Part shown: one piece after another, positions 42,828 to 51,063 of the stretch
Layout of the letters: each line of letters opens with the position of its first letter
Position numbering within the stretch: position 1 is the stretch's first letter
Virus record (IMG/VR): IMGVR_UViG_3300037195_001613
Coordinates: 1-53,437 of that record
DNA from: a virus
Lineage: Duplodnaviria; Caudoviricetes
Strand: one strand, 5' to 3'
Length of the DNA stretch: 53,437 nucleotides
Translations under genes and position numbers: made by a program
Notes under the pieces: model-generated
Told to the model about the DNA's origin: nothing
The model's database searches: none
The model's input: the letters and a program-made list of their open reading frames with translations, nothing else

Positions 42828-43576
42828 TATGTAGTGGTTCCTTCTAATTTGGTAGTGAAACTAGTATTTAACGGACCTGCGCTAGCCGCAAGATCCCTCC
42901 GTACCCATATTCCCTTATTACTAGATGCAGCTAGGCTTGTTATATCAATAGCAACACTATCGTCAACAAAGGTAACATTAGATGGTGCTGTTTCTCTGTT
43001 AGTAGCACTATCTGTAGCAGTATCTTCTTCGCCAATTAGAATATCAGTACCCCCAGATGCGGAGGGGTCCGCAGTTAAGGTTATTAATGCGGCGTTAAGT
43101 GTCCTGGAGTCTCCGTTAGTGTTACGCCAAAAGAATTTCTCATACCTAGTAGTAGCGCCTGCTTCTGATGCAGAATCATAGAACATTCTACGTACTGCAG
43201 TAATCCCTGTAGGGATCTTTACAATATCAACATCCATACTGGTATGGATATCTACTGTCCCTGCAGGACTCCCCGCAATGACTACTTTTAGAATTCTTTC
43301 AAAATTCTGACTCATAGATACGGCAGTAGTCCCGTTTAAGGTAGTCGGCCCATCTGATACTATAGTTCCATTGGCTAATCTACCTGTAATGGTAACTGTC
43401 TTTCCTGTAGAATCTCCTGCGTCATCGGATATTATTTTAGGTACTGTAGCTGCAGATTGTACAAATTCTAATACCTGTACTGCAGTATCTATTGCTCCTC
43501 CGCTAGTAGAGGTATCATCCTCAGGCATATTAGCAGAGGCATAAGCAATTAATTCTGCCGAAGTGATGCTTGCCAT
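42827..43576 (-). CDS. virion structural protein (S/T/A/G-rich beta protein)
   Basis: GGAI N-terminus, YEKFFWRN, GIWVRR; GGAG RBS. Confidence 0.65.
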   Translation of the reverse strand: MASITSAELIAYASANMPEDDTSTSGGAIDTAVQVLEFVQSAATVPKIISDDAGDSTGKTVTITGRLANGTIVSDGPTTLNGTTAVSMSQNFERILKVVIAGSPAGTVDIHTSMDVDIVKIPTGITAVRRMFYDSASEAGATTRYEKFFWRNTNGDSRTLNAALITLTADPSASGGTDILIGEEDTATDSATNRETAPSNVTFVDDSVAIDITSLAASSNKGIWVRRDLAASAGPLNTSFTTKLEGTTT

Positions 43577-43588
43577 ACGGTATACTCC

Positions 43589-45658
43589 TTAACTTACAAA
43601 GATATCTAGGGGTAAGGGTTTTGCTATTAATATATCTAGTGTGTGTTCAACTGATAATGTTACATCAGTATATGCTTCCACAGACATAGTTTGAGATTTA
43701 GTTACAGTCTGGGTACTAGATACATTCTTGGTTATGGTTTTATTAAATTTCTTTAAGGACTCTATGGATGTTATTTTACTCAGATCTATAGATTGAAGGG
43801 ACTCTATAGATGAGATTTTACTTAATTCTAAAGATAGATTTGATTCAATCGAATGTCCGCCATGGAATCTTACATCAAAGTTATCTAAATAGAACGATCC
43901 TGATTCTCCGGTAAACGCACTAAGATTTATTACTATCCCCATTTTATAATTGTCAGGTTGGTAATTTATCATATCATAATCTATAGATCCTACAATAGAC
44001 GTAGCATGCGGCATCACCAGAGAGATACTACCGTCCCCACCTCCTACTGTAGTTGCTGCAGTTAATATACATTTTACTGGTACCCAAGTCATACCAGAGG
44101 GAATAGCAAGCCAAGAAGTAAAAGAGGCAATATCAGATTCATCTTTTACAAATGCCCTAAATTCATATACTCCTGAATTCTTTCTTAATTGAAACCCCTC
44201 TACTGGGTTGACCCCTACAGTTCCATATAATATACCGAAACTATCTCCTTCAGGCAGATTGAAATCATTTGCATTGAAATCAAATTTTAGAGTTTTTGTT
44301 TCTTTTGTTACTTTAGATGTAGTAAGTATGCCTTGCTGAAGAGATCCACTACCGGAGGAAGTTACCTTTACTCCGAAAGATCCCCCAGGGGCTGCAGCAG
44401 CTCCTAATATTTCAAAGTTACCTCCTCCTGATATATTAGTAGAAGAGAACCAAAAACTAGTCCCACCATGCTCAAAATGCATTACATGGATAGGGGAGTC
44501 ATCACTTATCAGAGATTGCAGAGACTCCACAGAAGATACATTAGAGTTCTCTACAGCTATAGGACCAGAGCCAGTAGACTCTATAGAGGTTATTTGAGAG
44601 GTAGATACCTCACCCAAGGATTCAATAGAGTCCTTGTCTGTGGTCTCTATAAGTCCTAGAGATTCTATATTAACTTTTTCGGTAGTGGATACTAGACCAA
44701 TGGATTCTATATTGACTTTTTCAGAGTTAGTTACCAGTCCTATAGATTCTATATTGGTCTTTTGAGATGCCTCTATATCTTGGACAGATTCTACATTAGT
44801 TTTTTGGGAGGATTCAATAAGTCCCAAGGATTCAATAGAATCTTTATCCGTGGTCTCTATAAGTCCTAGAGATTCTATAGACATCTTCTGAGAGTTGTCT
44901 ACAGGTGTCTCACTATCGAATATAGATACAGAATCGTCTCTAACTACGAAATCGTCTATGTAGATTTCGCCGCTACCTGTACTCCCAATCCAATCACCCC
45001 CATCTCCGGAAGTTCTCTCTCTTCCCATTTTTATTTCATTTACTGGACGATCCGTATCAGGACCGCTGTCATATTTCATTTCAAAGTCTAAATTTTCTTT
45101 GGATTCAACTAAGGTACCTTGTACCCATAATTTAATATATCCATCTTCATTACCTGCGGTAGCTCTTTTTACTTCTAATTCTACTCTTACATCCTCAGAG
45201 TTAGTAAAGGTAGCGCTATATCCTGTATAGTCCCCAGGATCTGATATCCCTGAAGTGGCAGATAGGGTGTCTTTTTTATACCCAGCCCTGCATTTAAATG
45301 TAGTAGAAGTTACCTGTTCTACATCAACTGCCAACATACGTATATGATCTGTAGCAGAATCAAATATACCATGGAGTATCCATAGACTCTCTCCATTGGT
45401 ATCTGCTTGGCTATTTAAATTGAATCTGAACCCTATTCTTCTTACATCACCTTTAGTCCAAGTGGCCAAGTCAACTTTAGCAAGTCTTTTAGCACTAGTC
45501 TGGATCTCTAAGCCCATATCAGAGCTATTTAGCCCTGCTACACTATGGCAATCTACAACTGCGTTGTTTACGAAGTCCCATGCATCTCCTGGAGAGATCG
45601 TAGTAGGATCATCTCCATCAGAAGCATCTTCGTGGTCTATATGGATTAATTCAGCCAT
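43589..45658 (-). CDS. fibre-like virion protein: two concanavalin/LamG-like domains separated by 14-aa repeats
   Basis: Both domains end in (I/F)Y(I/L)D(D/N)F; repeats S(I/V)ES(L/I)(G/Q) with 42-bp period. Confidence 0.7.
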   Translation of the reverse strand: MAELIHIDHEDASDGDDPTTISPGDAWDFVNNAVVDCHSVAGLNSSDMGLEIQTSAKRLAKVDLATWTKGDVRRIGFRFNLNSQADTNGESLWILHGIFDSATDHIRMLAVDVEQVTSTTFKCRAGYKKDTLSATSGISDPGDYTGYSATFTNSEDVRVELEVKRATAGNEDGYIKLWVQGTLVESKENLDFEMKYDSGPDTDRPVNEIKMGRERTSGDGGDWIGSTGSGEIYIDDFVVRDDSVSIFDSETPVDNSQKMSIESLGLIETTDKDSIESLGLIESSQKTNVESVQDIEASQKTNIESIGLVTNSEKVNIESIGLVSTTEKVNIESLGLIETTDKDSIESLGEVSTSQITSIESTGSGPIAVENSNVSSVESLQSLISDDSPIHVMHFEHGGTSFWFSSTNISGGGNFEILGAAAAPGGSFGVKVTSSGSGSLQQGILTTSKVTKETKTLKFDFNANDFNLPEGDSFGILYGTVGVNPVEGFQLRKNSGVYEFRAFVKDESDIASFTSWLAIPSGMTWVPVKCILTAATTVGGGDGSISLVMPHATSIVGSIDYDMINYQPDNYKMGIVINLSAFTGESGSFYLDNFDVRFHGGHSIESNLSLELSKISSIESLQSIDLSKITSIESLKKFNKTITKNVSSTQTVTKSQTMSVEAYTDVTLSVEHTLDILIAKPLPLDIFVS

Positions 45659-45665
45659 AGTATTT

Positions 45666-45704
45666 AAAAAGGGAGAGTAGTCTTTGCAGTCTAACTACTC
45701 TCCC
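45666..45704 (-). terminator. intrinsic terminator after the head decoration gene
   Basis: gggagagtag/ctactctccc stem followed by T5. Confidence 0.75.
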
Positions 45705-45730
45705 TTCCAACAAACGAGAAGACCGTTTAA

Positions 45731-46126
45731 TTAAACAACTTGATCGAGACCAGATACAATAATACCCAGTGCTCGCGGGCCAGTACGGAGAGCAGTCTTC
45801 ATATTAGCTTCAGTCTCAGGGGAAGGAAGCGTTACAGAAGTGTACGCAATCTTTCCTTGAAGCATAACAGGACCAATTACTTCACCGCCAGCGAGCAATT
45901 GGATATCTTCAGGAAATACGATTCCCGAAATAGTATCATTCCCATTAGTGCCATCAAAGTCCCATACTTTCCAGTTGTCTGTAGCGGTATCAAATGCCAC
46001 TGGAGTACCTACCTTAAGCAGAGCAGTACCAGCAGCGAACTTTTTAGGTTGTACAGTTTGCGGCTCTATGGACGGATGAGCAGCAATAGTTGCCGAACTT
46101 ACGTATTCATTAGTTTGAATAGCCAT
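45731..46126 (-). CDS. head decoration protein (gpD-like)
   Basis: LKVGTPVAF...WDFDGTNG...GIV; follows the protease gene. Confidence 0.75.
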   Translation of the reverse strand: MAIQTNEYVSSATIAAHPSIEPQTVQPKKFAAGTALLKVGTPVAFDTATDNWKVWDFDGTNGNDTISGIVFPEDIQLLAGGEVIGPVMLQGKIAYTSVTLPSPETEANMKTALRTGPRALGIIVSGLDQVV

Positions 46127-46138
46127 AATTACTCCTTA

Positions 46139-47275
46139 TTACCTAGCGGCAGCAGCTTTAACAATGTCCTCAGCAGCATCAAAAGCTTCCCGTTCCTTCT
46201 TAGTAAACCCATCTTCGAGTTTAAGGATATCGTCAATAGGATCTTTGGAACTTTTAGAATCAATCTTCCTACTCATCCTCATAAGCTTTTCTCTCATCTT
46301 AGAGAGTTGCTCGTCTTTGGAGAGAGTCTCAGATTCCTCATCCTCGTCTTCTGATTTCTCAACTTTAAAGTCTTCTTGAAGCTTTTTAATGCTTTCATGG
46401 AGCTTCATAATAGCATCAGGATCGGACATATCCGTAGCTTTTTGCAAAGCATGGATCTTCAAAGCAAGTGCATGCTTTTTAACGTCCTCTTCCTTAGTCA
46501 AATCCCCCTTGAATATAGGAGTATTATCCTTTTCTTCAGTCTTCTTCATGGAATCAAGATGTTTTTGTACAGATACGGGATCCGCAAGGTCAACATCTGG
46601 GGCCTTTTCTTCTTGAGGCTTTAGGGCCTTTACAATCTCCTCCGCAAGAGATTTGTTAGACTCTCCTAGAACTTCTTGAAGCTCTTTCTTATCCATATCT
46701 ATTTCTTCCTTCCGGGTACCTGGTAAGATTGATCTAAAGATATCTTTAAGTACTTGAGTTACTGATTCTTGTTTTTCTTCTTCTACCTCTGCCCTACCTG
46801 CCATAGATACCCCATTCCATTCTCCATCTTTGAATAGGGTTCTAAGTTCAGAGTCCTCTATCTTAATTACAACTGCCCATCCATCAGATACATCTACCTT
46901 ATTTCCTGAATAGTCCTCCATATCAGAGAATCTATCATCCCCCTTTTGAATGATAAAAGTCTCTGCTACAAATGCCTTTTCCTTGGAGAGGGTCTTATTG
47001 TCATGTTTAATATCAACTCCTTCCCCAGATTTGGAGAAAGAATATGCCATTTCCTTTATTACTTCTGCAGATGCGATATCTCCTTGAGAGTCGACATTTT
47101 CAGGAGCGTAAACCACTGCCGTCAACTCTCCTCTCTCTTCAAAATCAGGAGACTGTTTGATTAGGGTATTGAATTCGTAATGGCCGTCTTCTTTATATAT
47201 TACAGGAAGCTTATTCGCTCCTTTGGGAACCAAAGAGATGAACGATATTTTGGCTTTCTTTATACGTCTGGGCAT
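46139..47275 (-). CDS. capsid maturation protease (XkdF-like) with scaffold C-terminus
   Basis: ISLVPKGAN, VYAPENVDSQGD, DIKHD, GEWNGVSMAG; charged helical tail. Confidence 0.85.
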   Translation of the reverse strand: MPRRIKKAKISFISLVPKGANKLPVIYKEDGHYEFNTLIKQSPDFEERGELTAVVYAPENVDSQGDIASAEVIKEMAYSFSKSGEGVDIKHDNKTLSKEKAFVAETFIIQKGDDRFSDMEDYSGNKVDVSDGWAVVIKIEDSELRTLFKDGEWNGVSMAGRAEVEEEKQESVTQVLKDIFRSILPGTRKEEIDMDKKELQEVLGESNKSLAEEIVKALKPQEEKAPDVDLADPVSVQKHLDSMKKTEEKDNTPIFKGDLTKEEDVKKHALALKIHALQKATDMSDPDAIMKLHESIKKLQEDFKVEKSEDEDEESETLSKDEQLSKMREKLMRMSRKIDSKSSKDPIDDILKLEDGFTKKEREAFDAAEDIVKAAAAR

Positions 47276-47373
47276 AGGGCATAAGTCCTAAAATTTCCTT
47301 TAACAGTTCCTGAAGATAGAGTACAGTAGTTATCTGAAGAACCAAAGAGTAAATTATTTATATAGGTATCAAA

Positions 47374-48663
47374 ATGACAACTGCAGTCGCCGATAACATA
47401 TTAAAGATAGCAAGAGTTAATAGGGTACATAAGGACCTCTTCGGGATAGAAGGGCAGTCTTTTCAATCCTTCATTGAGAAGATATCTGCAGGAGCTATTG
47501 AATCTGATTTAAGGAGAAATCCTGGTCAACAAGCTCATCCTTTTGATTTTCTTGTAACTATAAATTTAAAAACACACAATCCACATCACTCTACTTGTAT
47601 AGAAGCTAAAGCTAATTCTATTTGTGGATTGGGCCATAGTGATATAACTATGGAGCAGATTAAGATATTAGATGGACTATGTGAGAATTCTTGGATAGAT
47701 CTTATTTCTGATGTTGTAGAAGATTATGTACAGGTGGGTAATTCATTTATAGAGGTAGTTAGAGACGGTGCAGATATAGTAGCTCTGTATCATGTACCAG
47801 CTCCTAATTGTAAAGTATTTGTATTAAACGACAGTAATGCAATAATCTATGAAGTCACACCTGAAGATGGGATGCCTAAGAGATTTAGAAAATTTGGGAT
47901 ATCCGAAGATGATTATATTGGTGAGGATTTAGACGCATATGAGATATCTAAACCAGATAGTGGATTTGAATCTGAGATCATCCATCTTAAGAAACCTACG
48001 TCCTCCTCTCTATACTATGGAGTACCTAATTGGTTAGGTGGTATCCCTTCTATAGAGTTGGCACAATGCCTACATCAATACAATTATGACTTCTTCTTGA
48101 ACAGGGGAGTACCTGAATTCCTATTACTTCTTATGGGCGCTCAGATTCCGGTAGATGATTGGAAAAAGATAGAAGAACTAATGAAATCTAATGTAGGATT
48201 AGGTAACTCACATAAGAGTCAAGTTTTTAATCTATCACAGGAACTTAATGTAGAGTTACTCAAATTAGGAATGGACTCTGGAAAAGACGATACCTTCTCC
48301 AAGGTCTCTGAGACACTTGGATTAGAAATCGTATCTGCCCATCAAGTACCTCCCTTGCTTGCTGGTATACAAATACCAGGAAAGATAGGTGCAGCTAATG
48401 AGCTACCAAATGCCTTGATGGCATTCCAATTGTTGGTCATTAGAAAGGACCAGAATATTATTACTGGTGCCTTGGATTGCACTTTAGGGGACGACCCGAG
48501 TTTTCCTATAAATAGGGGAGAATTCGGATTCAAGACTATTATAGAAGAGATAGCAGAGGCTCAGCAAGTACTGAAGCCTATTGACACTATGAGTCGTATG
48601 AGGGAGACTTTGCCAGAAGCGGCAGCGGAGGGAAGAAATTTGAATGAGGGATTGAAGGAATGA
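47374..48663 (+). CDS. portal protein (PBSX-like)
   Basis: GNSFIEV, EIIHLK...YYGVP, FFLNRGVP, AHQVPPLLAGI. Confidence 0.92.
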   Translation: MTTAVADNILKIARVNRVHKDLFGIEGQSFQSFIEKISAGAIESDLRRNPGQQAHPFDFLVTINLKTHNPHHSTCIEAKANSICGLGHSDITMEQIKILDGLCENSWIDLISDVVEDYVQVGNSFIEVVRDGADIVALYHVPAPNCKVFVLNDSNAIIYEVTPEDGMPKRFRKFGISEDDYIGEDLDAYEISKPDSGFESEIIHLKKPTSSSLYYGVPNWLGGIPSIELAQCLHQYNYDFFLNRGVPEFLLLLMGAQIPVDDWKKIEELMKSNVGLGNSHKSQVFNLSQELNVELLKLGMDSGKDDTFSKVSETLGLEIVSAHQVPPLLAGIQIPGKIGAANELPNALMAFQLLVIRKDQNIITGALDCTLGDDPSFPINRGEFGFKTIIEEIAEAQQVLKPIDTMSRMRETLPEAAAEGRNLNEGLKE

Positions 48664-48824
48664 GGGATTTAGGAGAGTCTCAAATATGTCCTTTTTGCGG
48701 AGAGAAGACCTATACCTTAAGAGGGTTCGTTCCTCAAGATACCTCTAGAGGGGAAGATTGGTGGCGACATTGTTTGAGTTGTAATTATGAAGAGAATACA
48801 GATGAAATACCTGAAGAAAAAATA
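48660..48824 (+). CDS. small Zn-ribbon protein (54 aa, not in ORF track)
   Basis: CPFCG...CLSC; ATGA overlap with the portal stop. Confidence 0.65.
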
Positions 48825-48829
48825 GAATA

Positions 48830-49366
48830 ATGGCAAAAATAGATAGGGCAAGAAAACAAATCCTGCATGCCATGGGCAAGGAAGCGGTACGTAGGAGTAA
48901 GCCTTTTATAAAGTCAAAAACGTTAAGGAAATCTCTCACATATAGGATAAAAGATTCTAATACGATTGAGTTGCGATTTCCCTATTATTGGTGGATATAC
49001 GTACATGAGGGGACGAAAGCGAAAAAAGCTAAAAAGAGATTGCTAGTTTGGTATCCAAATTCTAGAGATGATCCTAGACTTAAGGGGGGATACCCTAAGA
49101 CATTAAGTCAAGTAAAAGAACTAACAAGAAAAGACTTCCAAAAAGGAATAGAAGAAAATAAGAGAAGAAGGAGTCTGGGACTTCCTCCGTTTATGAGATA
49201 TAGAAAGATGGTCCCTCCCGTACCTGGAGAATTCTTTTTCGATAAAGCTCTTAAATCTGTCAATTTATTAAATCAAGTAGATTCTACTATTAGAGGGAGC
49301 CTTAAAGATATAGCTGAATTGGATAAATTATTTGGAAGACCTATAGAAGCCACTGGAAGTATATAA
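48830..49366 (+). CDS. probable neck / tail-completion protein (HK97 gp10-like)
   Basis: LRKSL...YWWIYVHEGT...PGEFFFDKAL. Confidence 0.65.
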   Translation: MAKIDRARKQILHAMGKEAVRRSKPFIKSKTLRKSLTYRIKDSNTIELRFPYYWWIYVHEGTKAKKAKKRLLVWYPNSRDDPRLKGGYPKTLSQVKELTRKDFQKGIEENKRRRSLGLPPFMRYRKMVPPVPGEFFFDKALKSVNLLNQVDSTIRGSLKDIAELDKLFGRPIEATGSI

Positions 49367-49812
49367 TGGTTAATAATAATCAAGGTAAGGCAATAATAGA
49401 ATGGATGAAATTATTAGTTGCTGTAGCTATTCCTATTTTAGGATTTGTAGTTCATTCAGAAATACGATTTGTTCAACATAATGCAGATTTAAAAATATTA
49501 ACCAATGATGTTAGTATATTAAAATTAAAATTTAAAGAATTTATGGAATCAGGGGCAATAGGAAAAGATGATTTTAATAAAGTAATCGCATCTTTAGAGG
49601 CTCATAAGGGGGATAGGGGACATTCAGGAATAGTACATGAATTGAAAGGGATGCGTAAACAAATAGATTTTATTCAAAATATATTAGATACTCATACATC
49701 TGCTGGAATAGATGGGGTAGCTCATCCTCAAGGGCTAATTCTGACATTAAAGAATATTCAAAAAGATGTGGGACTATTACAAGCTTCTATAATTGAACTA
49801 AAAAATAAATAA
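49366..49812 (+). CDS. membrane-anchored coiled-coil protein
   Basis: N-terminal TM LLVAVAIPILGFVV. Confidence 0.6.
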   Translation: MVNNNQGKAIIEWMKLLVAVAIPILGFVVHSEIRFVQHNADLKILTNDVSILKLKFKEFMESGAIGKDDFNKVIASLEAHKGDRGHSGIVHELKGMRKQIDFIQNILDTHTSAGIDGVAHPQGLILTLKNIQKDVGLLQASIIELKNK

Positions 49813-49821
49813 GGAATTTCA

Positions 49822-50136
49822 ATGAGGCTTACTAAAATGACAGGCACTGCTATTATATTAATTTTAGGTGCTGTACTTTTATTGTCTTTAGAATTAATAT
49901 CTAATGTTCAAGCAAATGGCCGACAACAAATTAAATGTAAGTTACCTGATATAGAAGAAGTAAATCAATTAAGGGTATTATTAACAGAGTTAAAAGACAC
50001 TCAAGAAGAGGATCATAATATATTAAAATTAATAGAAAAAATAAATGATAAAGCAACGATTATTTGTTATAAAGTTGAGACTGGGTGTCAACTAGATAAG
50101 AAGTCCCCCAAAGAGCCAACCCAATTGCATCAATAA
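49822..50136 (+). CDS. secreted or membrane-anchored coiled-coil protein
   Basis: AAGGA RBS; hydrophobic N-terminus ending VQA. Confidence 0.55.
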   Translation: MRLTKMTGTAIILILGAVLLLSLELISNVQANGRQQIKCKLPDIEEVNQLRVLLTELKDTQEEDHNILKLIEKINDKATIICYKVETGCQLDKKSPKEPTQLHQ

Positions 50137-50578
50137 CATGGTGCCTTTGCGGCTTAGGTATTGGGTTACCTTTAAATAAGTCGTCTTCAGATGTGCCCAT
50201 TTTCTCTAATACTCTCTTATTGTGGATATCTTTAGGTACCTGTCCTTTCCATTCTTTTGGTTTAGGGCAAAGTATATTAGATGAGTACTTAGTACATAGA
50301 GATATACAAGCTCCTGTTACTTGAGCCAATACAAGTAATCTGTTAGGAACTGATCCTCTTCCTATATACGCTTCTTGATTCTCTATTATAATTAATTTAA
50401 TATCTCTGTTTCTACATAAGTTATCTATTACGTCGTCTAATCTAATTGCCATTTCTATAACGGCTCGGGTTCCTGTATACTTATGCTTTACATGAGCAAG
50501 ATCTAATAGACATCCCCCATTTGGCCTATGTAAGCATATCCCAGTATTATGAGTATCTGGATCAATTCCTAGTATCAT
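50060..50578 (-). CDS. RuvC-like Holliday junction resolvase (start trimmed to MILGIDPD)
   Basis: ILGIDP, IIIE, PKEWK, DAIGLA. Confidence 0.85.
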   Translation of the reverse strand: MILGIDPDTHNTGICLHRPNGGCLLDLAHVKHKYTGTRAVIEMAIRLDDVIDNLCRNRDIKLIIIENQEAYIGRGSVPNRLLVLAQVTGACISLCTKYSSNILCPKPKEWKGQVPKDIHNKRVLEKMGTSEDDLFKGNPIPKPQRHHVIDAIGLALWGTSYLVDTQSQLYNK

Positions 50579-50591
50579 TAAATTACTCCAT

Positions 50592-50632
50592 AAAAAAACT
50601 CCCCTTGCCAACATGACAAAACAAGGGGAGTT
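50592..50632 (-). terminator. intrinsic terminator
   Basis: aactccccttg/caaggggagtt stem followed by a T run. Confidence 0.8.
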
Positions 50633-50655
50633 CACTCAAAGAAAATTAGTTAAAT

Positions 50656-51048
50656 CTACTCCTCTTCCTCCTCTTCCCATTCCTCTTCTTCAACCTCTTC
50701 TTCCTCTTCCTCCTCATCGAATTCCTCTGTAACGGTCTTAACGATCTTTTTCTTACGTGGCTTTCTCGGAGCCCTCTTTTCCTCTCCGTAAATAAATGCC
50801 ACATCCCCATCAGTAGTTCGGGATACTGTAATATACGGTTCCCTTTCCTCATCAATGCGTTTACGCAATGCGGACATCTGCTGATAGAAGTTTTTGAATT
50901 CTGATCCTTCTGGACATTCTACTTCAATCGCCTGTCCTTGGGGCATATCGTTGATAGCATCAATAAGATCTTGATACTTCGAATCCCGCTCGCCTCGCTT
51001 AACTCGACTAACTTCCTTTGCCTTCTTGCTCTTAAATACAATAGCCAT
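50656..51048 (-). CDS. hypothetical protein with basic patch and poly-Glu tail (possible nucleic-acid-binding protein)
   Basis: RDSKYQDL...; RAPRKPRKKK; E-rich C-terminus; own terminator. Confidence 0.7.
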   Translation of the reverse strand: MAIVFKSKKAKEVSRVKRGERDSKYQDLIDAINDMPQGQAIEVECPEGSEFKNFYQQMSALRKRIDEEREPYITVSRTTDGDVAFIYGEEKRAPRKPRKKKIVKTVTEEFDEEEEEEEVEEEEWEEEEEE

Positions 51049-51063
51049 TTGCTCTAAATCCTT

